DNA from: Auanema rhodensis
Lineage: Eukaryota > Animalia > Nematoda
Reading direction: 5' to 3'
DNA length: 64,000 nucleotides
Assembly (NCBI GenBank): GCA_964057225.1
Contig: OZ059899.1
Coordinates: 11,470,001-11,534,000 of the forward strand
The notes beneath the pieces are model-generated. The model saw only the letters and a list, made by a program, of their open reading frames with translations. It was not told where the DNA came from and made no database searches. Made by a program: the position numbers and the translations under genes. How positions within the stretch are numbered: position 1 is the first letter of the stretch; every line of letters starts with the position of its first letter. Shown piece after piece: positions 1 to 9,249 of this stretch.

Positions 1-288
1 CGAACAAAGATGAGAAATTCAGAGTCCTACGAACACTCTGGAGAGAAATAACACCGACTCTTCTGAAGAAACTCGTCGAATCGATGCCCAGAAGACTTCA
101 GGCAGTAATTGATAATTTTGGCTATCCTACTAAATATTAATAAACGTGTTAATTTCAATTTTTAATTTTATTTATTGATTCTATAGAGTTTTTGAATACT
201 CATCATATTTTTTTTCGATTTTTTTGTAGTTTGTTTCGAAAGATATGAGGGATTCTAGTAAGTGTCCCAACTATTTCGCACAGGACTG
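1..288 (+). mobile_element. Tc1/mariner transposon, 3' part (left copy, cut by window start)
   Basis: Encodes the transposase C-terminus ...LVESMPRRLQAVIDNFGYPTKY* (stop near 140). Ends in TIR GTGTCCCAACTATTTCGCACAGGACTG (262-288) followed by TA. Reverse complement of 6104-6391. Confidence 0.93.
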
Positions 289-600
289 TATATATAATTA
301 TATATTTTAAATTAATTTTTAAATATATTAAGTGAAAAAAAAATCTAAATTTTAAATATTTAAATTATATTTAAATTTTATATATAAACTAAATTTAAAT
401 TTTAAATATATTAATTTGTTTTAAAATTCTATTTATTTCTTTATTCATTTATTAATTATGTTTGTTTACTTATTCTGTTTACTTATTTTGTTTATTATTT
501 TATAATATTGTGTTTTTTTTTTACTGTTTTTATTTTTAAAGATCAATAAAATTTTTGCATATAGATAATTTTGTTCACCGTACTTGTTATGGGTAATTCA

Positions 601-805
601 ATGGAACACATATCAAAGGTTAATTCGATAAGAACGATATGAAATACCAAAATTTAATGGAACACATATCGAAGGTTAATTCGATAAGAACGATATGAAA
701 TACCAAAATTTAATGGAACACATATCGAAGGTTAATTCGATAAGAACGATATGAAATACCAAAATTTAATGGAACACATATCGAAGGTTAATTCGATAAG
801 AACGA
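601..805 (+). repeat. 56-bp tandem repeat, about 3.7 copies
   Basis: Unit ATGGAACACATATCGAAGGTTAATTCGATAAGAACGATATGAAATACCAAAATTTA starts at 601, 657, 713 and 769. Confidence 0.95.
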
Positions 806-913
806 CATTAAATTATTAATTTTTGAAATTACAAATTGTTATTAATTATATTTATTCTAACAAGTAAAAGTTTCAAATTAAAACTAATATACTAATATAA
901 CAATACAATAACT

Positions 914-2197
914 GGGGCTGGTATCGTTTCGCCCACCCCCCCCCCCCAATGAGGTTAGCATTAGAGCAACATGGGTTTTTTATACTGAAAAAAAACACTG
1001 AAACAATAAAAATAGTTTTTTAATCCAAATTGCATCAGTCATCACTATCTTTTTGAAGTAAGTAAAATAAAAATAGTATTTAATGAATTTTTTTATAAAA
1101 TTAGGAATGAATTTTCTTACTGTAGCAGAACATGTAAAAAATGAGAGTTCAGCAGTAGCTTTCTTACAATCGTATGAAATCTTACCAACTGAAAAGGAAT
1201 GTTGTGAACGTTCTATGAAGTTTATGTCTTTTTCTAAAGGACACAGATTCCGATGTAACAAGTGTAAGAAAGATATAAGCATGAAAAAAGGGACTTCCTA
1301 GAAGGTAGTTGAAAATAAAAACAAAAAAGCTTGAAACTACTCTTAGGTTCTCATTTAACATATTCTAAAGTGATTATGTTCATCTATCTCTGGGCAAACG
1401 AACTGTTATCTTGGAAAAGTTGCCAGAAAGAACTCAAAATTGGAAGCAAGACCACGTTCACAGACTGGACCAATTTTATGAGAGAAGCCTGCACTTTCAA
1501 GCTTCTGAAGTGTTCGGAGAAGATTGGAGGACCAGGATTGACCGTTGAAATTGACGAAACCGTTGTTGCTAGAAGGAAGTACAACGTTGGTAGAGTAGTA
1601 GGTCCTATTTGGGTATTTGGGGGGATATGTAGAGAAACAAAAGCATGTTTTCTGTATACTGTAGAAAATAGGGGGGCTCGAATGTTTGAAGACTGCATCA
1701 AACATTCTATTGAAGAGGGTAGTATCATTATTTCGGATTGCTGGAGAAGCTATAATAATATCTCTAACTTAGGTCATACCCACTTGACTGTTACCCATGG
1801 TAATAATTTTGTAGATCCAACGACCGGGGCTAACACTAACATGGTTGAAGGTATGTGGTCTCAAGCGAAAAAAAAATTCAAAAAAATGAATGGGGTACCC
1901 AAAGATTTTATTGAGTCTCATCTCTGCGAGTTTATGTATCGCCAGAGAAATAAGAATTGTGACATATTTGATTGTATTTTAAAAGACATTGCTTTTTTAT
2001 AAATAACTTTGAATTGTGAATAAATAGTAAAACTTCTGATTTCTGTTGAAGCTTTCTCTATGAGACCCCCCGGATTAGGGATAGAGCACTCCCGCTGGTT
2101 TATGCGAAGCCGGCGCTTGCCCAAAATGTTATACGCGCGCTCTAATGTTAACTCTCTGATCATGGGGGGGGGGGTTGGGCGAAACAATACCAGCGCC
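914..2197 (+). mobile_element. Merlin (IS1016/IS1595-related) DNA transposon, full length
   Basis: Imperfect TIRs GG(G/C)GCTGGTAT(C/T)GTTTCGCCCA-polyC-ATGA at both ends. Perfect 8-bp TSD CAATAACT at 906-913 and 2198-2205. Internal DDE transposase. Confidence 0.93.
1083..2002 (+). pseudogene. Merlin/ISXO2-like transposase, frameshifted, one predicted intron
   Basis: N-terminal Cys ribbon (C-C...C-x2-C), then VEIDE, WVFGG, IISDCWRSY, HLTVTH, FVDPTTGANTNMVEGMW. Predicted intron 1305-1346 (GTAGTT...TCTTAG). Adding 1 nt near 1296 gives KKGTFLE-GSHLT, so this copy appears to carry a 1-nt deletion (TAG at 1299-1301). Confidence 0.85.
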
Positions 2198-2900
2198 CAA
2201 TAACTAAATAAAGCACACATTGAAGGTAAATACAATAAGATTAACGAACAGTTGCGCTGACCTCAACGCCACGCATATCGATGGTTAATAAACACTAATA
2301 ACTGTACTGTGAGGGTTTAAATATAGTATAATCATTTTAACATTTAAAAAGTTTTAGTTTCGTAATATAATCATTAGTAAATATTCAAGAATGAAATATT
2401 TTTCACATATAAAACGTTGGCAGTCATATGTTTTGTGCTACAATATGGGTGTAAAAGTATACTATGAATAATATATGAGCTATTAAGCAAAGTTTAAAAA
2501 GCCTAAATGTTTTACAGAGATGGCTGTTGTTTATGGCACAAACGGTAAACAATAATGTTTAAAGAGATGTAAAAACTAATTAATATGCAGATTGTTTACA
2601 GGTTCAGAGTGCGCCAACTGCTGGCAACTGTCGATCAGATGAGTATATCTGCATAAATATGCTGTAAAATCTAATTAATAAAAGAATTTCATCAGCAAAC
2701 TTGATTGTAACACAATGGGTTGTACTTTACAAAAATCTTTGTATAAAAGGTTGGCAATTTTGCTTCATTTACATTTCAGCTCTGCCAACTATCCGAGGAT
2801 CCGACGTTTCACCATCTCCTGCCACTCTTTGCCAATCGCCATAGACTGCTCCTCTCTGCAAGTTTGCCTTAATTTTCAGAAAGTTGGATCTTTAGCGGAA

Positions 2901-3486
2901 ATGAAGCGTGCTGTACTTGCTGATGTGACAAATGTTGTGCGCAAATCGCCTGAACCTGAAGTACCGCGACCACCCACACCAGCTCCAAATTTCACAAGTT
3001 TTGGTATGAACCTTAACTTGTATTTTTTTTAATCTTTAATTTAGATTCACCAATAAAGCAGATGGAGATTCTGAGAGAGAGCATTCCACCAAAGAGTGTA
3101 TTAATGAGACCAATTTGTCTCTGCAAAACTGATAGGGAATCATTGCAGGTTATAGACGAGTATCACTGTTTCAGCCTCTGTATAAAGTGTAGAGGAAGGA
3201 ATGATGCGTTGGGTCTTTTGAAGGAATTTCGTCATTATAAGCCCGAAAACTTTTCTATTAATGTAAGCTTGCATATTTATTTATTTTCAATTTTATCATT
3301 TTTTAGATGCGCTCTTATAACACCATGACGTGCAAGCAATTGTTGAACAATATGGGCTATATTGTTATATATGCAGATGAGGCTACTGTAAAGACTTTTG
3401 GTTATAAGCAGAATGTATTCTACTTTAAACTAAGTCCAGAAGCACTCAACCTGAACATGTTTATCCGCTTTGATCCTTCATTTTGA
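2901..3486 (+). CDS. Orphan 166-aa protein, 3 exons (2901-3003, 3045-3262, 3307-3486), N-terminal D-box-like motif and Cys/His cluster
   Basis: ATTTTCAG acceptor 21 nt before the ATG. Two GT-AG introns (41 and 44 nt) keep the frame open to TGA at 3484-3486. Translation MKRAVLADVTNVVRKSPEPEVPRPPTPAP...ICLCK...YHCFSLCIKCRG...MFIRFDPSF*. Confidence 0.72.
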
Positions 3487-3622
3487 CTACAACAAGCACA
3501 AATAGTACAATTGGCGTTTTATTCTTGTTTTGTTATGTGGCATTTTTATATTCTCAGCCGTAACATTTTTTTATCCTTGATTTGGATATTAATGTTCCAT
3601 GTTATTGACCCTTAGATTGATG

Positions 3623-3967
3623 TGTTGTAAAAGAAACAATAAGATTTGAGGAAGAGAGAAAGATTTATTATAAATAAAAAACATTTAAACAATAAACAAA
3701 TAAAGATAAAGATAAGTCCGCCAACTGAAGATTCAGTTGAATGGCAAGCTTATATAGCGAATGTTATCAGCATTTTCCACGAAAGGTTATAAGTTGTCAA
3801 TGACAATTATAACTATCTCGGAAAATGCTGAAGCTGCAAAATATAACTGATAACATAATACACTAAGACAAGAAACTAGAATTATAAAATATAAAATATA
3901 AAACACAGAATAAAGAAATACATACAAATTATAGAAAGAATAAAGTACAGAATTATAAAGTATAACA
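3623..3967 (-). mobile_element. 3' LTR (about 345 bp) of a Ty3/Gypsy-like retrotransposon
   Basis: The minus strand begins TGTTAT and ends ACAACA. Purine-rich PPT-like AAGAGCGGTAGCA lies immediately 5' of it, right after the integrase. Internal TATATAAG (about 3749-3756) and AATAAA (3664-3669) on the minus strand. Confidence 0.75.
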
Positions 3968-3969
3968 TG

Positions 3970-4870
3970 CTACCGCTCTTGAAGTCCTGTGTCCTCACAG
4001 GTATGCATAAGGTTTCCAAAATTTTCATAATGTTGCAGCAAGCTTTTTGATGAGATCCTTATGTACTTTTCTCATCTTTCCTTGACTCATTTCCAATTCC
4101 ACATATGAGTTGTATACGCCTGTAATTTTGAACGGTCCATTAAGTGGGTCGCAATTTGCCGTGAACCGTCATATCCTTCAATAGTACCATTTCACCTATT
4201 TCAAATATACGTGATGCTATTCGGTTACTATTATTCAGCCGATTTTGTTGTTCAATTGATTTTAATTGAATTTTTTCTTGAATAGAATCCCAGGTATTTT
4301 TCCGGTTTTCATTTCTTTCCAATAATTCGTCATCTTCAGGAGAATTTAGATGAGGTTGTCCTGGTAATTGACGGTCCATAGGTAGTCGTGCGTCTCTTCC
4401 AAATAGAGCAATGTATGGGCTGATTCCGGTAGTTGTACTTGGGATTGTATTTAATGCGAATGTGATTTTAGGTAATTGTGAGGCCCATTGAGAGACACGG
4501 TTTTCAGCACAAGTGGATAAACATTCCTGGATGGTTCGATGTAGTCGTTCCACTTGACCGTTTGTATTTTTGTGATATGGCAGAGAGAAGGTTTGTACAA
4601 TTCCAAATTCGTTGCACATTAACTTGAATTCTTTAGATATAAAATTTCCTCCATTGTCAGACACGATGCTCACTGGTGGTCCAAAAATGAAGACAAAATT
4701 CGTCAGGAACTTTCGGACTGTTTCTTCGGCATTCTGTGTGCGTAAAGGTATGCTCGTTATCCATTTCGAAAAAGCATCTTGAATAGAAAGAATATATTTA
4801 AATCCATTAGTGCTAGGGGAAAAAGGTCCTGTCACATCCATATGAATCCTATCAAATGGTTTTTGTGGGG
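3970..4870 (-). pseudogene. Ty3/Gypsy-type integrase: core domain plus GPY/F region, 5' truncated
   Basis: PFDRIHMDVTGPF...QDAFSKW...FGPPVSIVSDNGGNF...YHKNTNGQVERLHRTI (D,D35E), then W...FALNT...TTGISPY...FGR. NGPFKIT lies in a shifted frame just after the TAA at 4140. Confidence 0.9.
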
Positions 4871-5590
4871 TACATATCCCCCCAAATACCCAAATAGGAC
4901 CTACTACTCTACCAACGTTGTACTTCCTTCTAGCAACAACGGTTTCGTCAATTTCAACGGTCAATCCTGGTCCTCCAATCTTCTCCGAACACTTCAGAAG
5001 CTTGAAAGTGCAGGCTTCTCTCATAAAATTGGTCCAGTCTGTGAACGTGGTCTTGCTTCCAATTTTGAGTTCTTTCTGGCAACTTTTCCAAGATAACAGT
5101 TCGTTTGCCCAGAGATAGATGAACATAATCACTTTAGAATATGTTAAATGAGAACCTAAGAGTAGTTTCAAGCTTTTTTGTTTTTATTTTCAACTACCTT
5201 CTAGGAAGTCCCTTTTTTCATGCTTATATCTTTCTTACACTTGTTACATCGGAATCTGTGTCCTTTAGAAAAAGACATAAACTTCATAGAACGTTCACAA
5301 CATTCCTTTTCAGTTGGTAAGATTTCATACGATTGTAAGAAAGCTACTGCTGAACTCTCATTTTTTACATGTTCTGCTACAGTAAGAAAATTCATTCCTA
5401 ATTTTATAAAAAAATTCATTAAATACTATTTTTATTTTACTTACTTCAAAAAGATAGTGATGACTGATGCAATTTGGATTAAAAAAACTATTTTTATTGT
5501 TTCAGTGTTTTTTTTCAGTATAAAAAACCCATGTTGCTCTAATGCTAACCTCATTGGGGGGGGGGGGGTGGGCGAAACGATACCAGCCCC
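4871..5590 (-). mobile_element. Truncated inverted copy of the Merlin element (5' TIR and 5' half of transposase)
   Basis: Reverse complement of 914-1631, including the same frameshift and the same flank AGTTATTG. Breaks off after WVFGGIC. Confidence 0.93.
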
Positions 5591-6391
5591 AGTTATTGTA
5601 TTGTTATATTAGTATATTAGTTTTAATTTGAAACTTTTACTTGTTAGAATAAATATAATTAATAACAATTTGTAATTTCAAAAATTAATAATTTAATGTC
5701 GTTCTTATCGAATTAACCTTCGATATGTGTTCCATTAAATTTTGGTATTTCATATCGTTCTTATCGAATTAACCTTTGATATGTGTTCCATTGAATTACC
5801 CATAACAAGTACGGTGAACAAAATTATCTATATGCAAAAATTTTATTGATCTTTAAAAATAAAAACAGTAAAAAAAAAACACAATATTATAAAATAATAA
5901 ACAAAATAAGTAAACAGAATAAGTAAACAAACATAATTAATAAATGAATAAAGAAATAAATAGAATTTTAAAACAAATTAATATATTTAAAATTTAAATT
6001 TAGTTTATATATAAAATTTAAATATAATTTAAATATTTAAAATTTAGATTTTTTTTTCACTTAATATATTTAAAAATTAATTTAAAATATATAATTATAT
6101 ATACAGTCCTGTGCGAAATAGTTGGGACACTTACTAGAATCCCTCATATCTTTCGAAACAAACTACAAAAAAATCGAAAAAAAATATGATGAGTATTCAA
6201 AAACTCTATAGAATCAATAAATAAAATTAAAAATTGAAATTAACACGTTTATTAATATTTAGTAGGATAGCCAAAATTATCAATTACTGCCTGAAGTCTT
6301 CTGGGCATCGATTCGACGAGTTTCTTCAGAAGAGTCGGTGTTATTTCTCTCCAGAGTGTTCGTAGGACTCTGAATTTCTCATCTTTGTTCG
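4871..6391. repeat. Right arm of large inverted duplication
   Basis: Reverse complement of 1..1631, with only about 1.7 copies of the 56-bp unit (about 5699-5791). Confidence 0.95.
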
Positions 6392-7222
6392 AACATGGGA
6401 ATTGCGATGAACGTCGGCCAAGTTCCCTCCAAAGATGCTCAATAGGGTTGAGATCTGGAGGTTGGCTAGGCCATTTCAGCACGTTCAGGCGATTGTCCTC
6501 CAGAAACCTAAACAGGCAGAACTTGCTCTCATCTGTGAATATTACAGATGACCAATCTTCAAACGTCCAGTTTAAATGCTCTCGGGCAAAATCTATTCTC
6601 TTCTGCCTGTTACCAACCGATATTAGAGGCTTTCGTGCAGGAACTCGAGCTCTTAGATTTCTCGCCAACAATCTTCGTCGAATATTCGAAGGATCAAGCC
6701 TAATCCTGAACATTCTTAGAAGATGTTGGCTTAACTCGGATGACGTGATATCCGGATGCCGCTCTACGAGTTTAATTAATAAATTATCTTGTCCTACTGT
6801 TGTTTTTCTTCCTCTTCCTCTTGTCTCCATTTGGTATGGTTCTTGTGAAGCTTTCCAAATATTTTGAACCGTACTCTTCGGCAAAGTCAGAAGCTGACTT
6901 ATCTTCCGTACGCTGAACCCTCTATTCTTCATGCTTAGAACGATGTTTTGGACTTCAGGTAGTTTTCTTGCCTCTAACCATCTTAAATTATGAATTTTTA
7001 TTTTTAATTATGCAAAACAATGAAATCAACATAAAATTCAATTTTAAACTTAAATTATTTTTTAAAAATTCAATTTTCATCATTTTGAAGTCTATTTTCA
7101 ATCAATATCTTGATACTTGATCCTGAAACCTAAATTAATTTTTTGAAATTTTTTTTTGTAGTTTGAAGTGGGTTTCTGGGGTCTTTTAGTTGAGGGTGTC
7201 CCAACTATTTCGCACAGGACTG
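6104..7222 (-). mobile_element. Tc1/mariner transposon, internally deleted (non-autonomous)
   Basis: 27-bp perfect TIRs CAGTCCTGTGCGAAATAGTTGGGACAC at 6104-6130 and 7196-7222, flanked by TA on both sides. Confidence 0.95.
6252..6981 (-). pseudogene. Tc1-family transposase with deleted catalytic middle
   Basis: HTH region (SVRKISQLL...STV), GRGRKTT, W..VIFTDESKF, WPSQPPDLNPIEHLW. The segment normally between DESKF and the WPxxSPDLNPIE region, including the second Asp, is missing. An apparent frameshift follows the ATG at 6981. Confidence 0.9.
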
Positions 7223-7334
7223 TATATATACATTTAAAAAAGCATATTTAAATTTGATTTTAAAAAAAAATTTAAATCATGCTTTAAATCATGATTTTTA
7301 AGTTTAAAAAAGGAAAATCCATGAACCATGATCC

Positions 7335-7455
7335 CAAAATATGATTTTAACAGCTGACGCTCAAAAATATGTTTTTGACAGCTGACGCGCCCCAAAAGTA
7401 TGTTTTTAGCAGCTGACGCCCCCAAAAGTATGTTTTTACAGCTGTTTGGGGGCGT
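7335..7455. repeat. About 29-31-bp degenerate tandem repeat, about 4 copies, core CAGCTGACGC
   Basis: AAAA(G/A)TATGTTTTT..CAGCTGACGC..CCC repeated. CAGCTG at about 7351, 7379, 7410 and 7439. Confidence 0.8.
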
Positions 7456-7517
7456 GGTTAGTAAATTTTGCACGGCTCTCTACTGTTCTTTTCGAATTTT
7501 GATCTCATTAACAACCT

Positions 7518-8072
7518 ATGGGAAGATTTGTTATACCCGAAAAGCCATTTTATCGTATTCATGTAGATATACTAGGTCCTTTACCTCGCACTAATGATGG
7601 ACATCGATACATCTTGAGTATTCAAGACGCTTTTAGTAAATGGGGAACAACTTGCCCATTAATAACACAAACGGCTACTGAAATCACAAAAGCGTTTGTA
7701 ATTAGATTTGTTTTCATATATGGACCACCAATGAGTATGATAACCGATAATGGTAGTAGCTTTTTGTCATCTGAATTTCAAGCTATTTGTAAGCAATTTG
7801 GAATTAAACACACTACTACGCTACCATATCATAAAAATGCTAATAGCCAAATAGCTCTATCTTGGCTTATAAAGAAAAAAAGTGTCCCCGTTTTTATTAG
7901 TAATATGCGACAACACATTGAAGAAATAGGAATAAGGTTGGAAGCTCAAAAAGCTTCACTACACTTCCACTATGTTGATACCGACCATAATCCCGCAGAC
8001 ATTGGAACTAGGGGGACGACAGACCAAAATCTGTTTAAGGAACGCTGGATGTTTTCTTTATCACCTCTATAG
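7518..8072 (+). pseudogene. Chimeric retroelement fragment: Gypsy-type integrase core joined to BEL/Pao-type RNase H piece
   Basis: To about 7845: PFYRIHVDILGPL...QDAFSKW...YGPPMSMITDNGSSF...PYHKNAN, paralogous to the 4140-4870 integrase. Then SQIALSWL...VFISN...HYVDTDHNPADIGTRG, the BEL/Pao RNase H pattern. Confidence 0.8.
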
Positions 8073-8267
8073 TTTACATTAACGTGACCTTTGTATTCAA
8101 ATATCAAATATCACCCTCAAGCTAAATAATATATAAAGCCCAAGAAACCTTCACTTTCTAATCTAACTTTTCTACCACTGTACCATCTTTATTTAATAAA
8201 CCTTTTAAACTCAAATCTGCGAAGATCAACCCTGATAATACTCTCATAATAAATAACTGTTGGATAC

Positions 8268-8341
8268 ATAGTCCAAGCTCAGTCGGTTAGAGCGTGAGTC
8301 TAATAAGCCCAAGGTCGCAGGTTCGACCCCTGCTGGCGGCA
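8268..8341 (+). tRNA. tRNA-Ile(AAT), probably a pseudogene
   Basis: D-arm AGCTCAGTCGGTTAGAGC, anticodon loop CT-AAT-AA, T-arm GCAGG-TTCGACC-CCTGC, 3' strand TGGCGGC-A, T6 terminator at about 8346. The 5' acceptor strand does not pair fully and the anticodon stem has an A-C mismatch. Confidence 0.8.
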
Positions 8342-9249
8342 AATATTTTTTGAATTTCTGTTTAATTGTTCAAAAGTATGTTCGAATTTCGATCTCAGTC
8401 ATAACTTTGTTAAAGAAAAAAAAGAATATTTCGAGAAAACAATCAAAAAATAAGTGTTCTTATTGAATAACAAGCAAACATGATACTATTTGGGGAAATC
8501 AATGTTGACTATGTCTTGTATTTTTTCATATTATAGCAATTCATTTCCTATTACGATCTATCGTTACAAAACTCATAAGAAGAATGGTCAAAGGTATTAA
8601 TGTGTCTGAAAATCTAACTGCATGAAATATGACGTGACAACCAACATTGCCAACTAGAAAACGGAAGGAAGAGTGAAAAAAAGGTTTATCATACAAAAGT
8701 CGAATCAACAATTAATAATAAAATAAAAAAGCATGTCCTCCAACAGAGGAACAGATAGGAGATTACAACTTATATAGGGAATGTCATTATTGAAAGGCAA
8801 GTTAGGCAAGATTAAGATATTAGAAAATGCCAAAGATGCCAAAGATGGATGTTTAGTACAATAAAATAATAGGTATATCACAAAAAATATAAAGATGCAT
8901 AACCATAGAAAATTACATTTAGAAATGGAAAATCACGTAAAACAAAACTTTAGAGAGATTGTTTTCACTTATTTTATCATTATTTTAGATGCTTGTTTTG
9001 AAGGGTTTTGTGGTCTTGGAGCGAAAGCTTGAAAATCTTCTTCTTGTGTTGCATTTTGATATTTAGGCATTCTAATATAACTTCACGTATTCTAATTTTA
9101 CTGGGCGTTCTTGATTTGTCAATAATGTGTTCCATTCTTTCAATTCTTCTTAGAATAATCTTTTATTATTTTCTTAATCTTGGATCTTAATATAACATTA
9201 ATCAATTAATAATGAACAGGATTCCAAAAAGGAAAAATCAAAGGAAACA

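Larger units (their letters stand above)
1..1631. repeat. Left arm of large inverted duplication (partner 4871..6391)
   Basis: By-eye comparison: base 1 pairs with 6391 and base 1631 with 4871. The only differences I saw are two extra 56-bp units and homopolymer lengths. The identical mirrored ORF pair 1083..1301(+) and 5201..5419(-) agrees. Confidence 0.95.

Noticed and set aside
601-805. 56-bp array as a CRISPR array
   Set aside because: The units are head-to-tail with no unique spacers, the context is eukaryotic and there are no cas genes.
1331-1346. TTG start MKLLL of the 223-aa and 343-aa ORFs
   Set aside because: It lies inside the predicted Merlin intron, so it is a prokaryote-style ORF-calling artefact.
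980-6867. Antisense or alternate-frame ORFs over the TEs (980..1282, 1384..1728, 1406..1705, 4779..5096, 5220..5612, 6385..6867)
   Set aside because: They are shadows of transposase and integrase frames with no motifs of their own.
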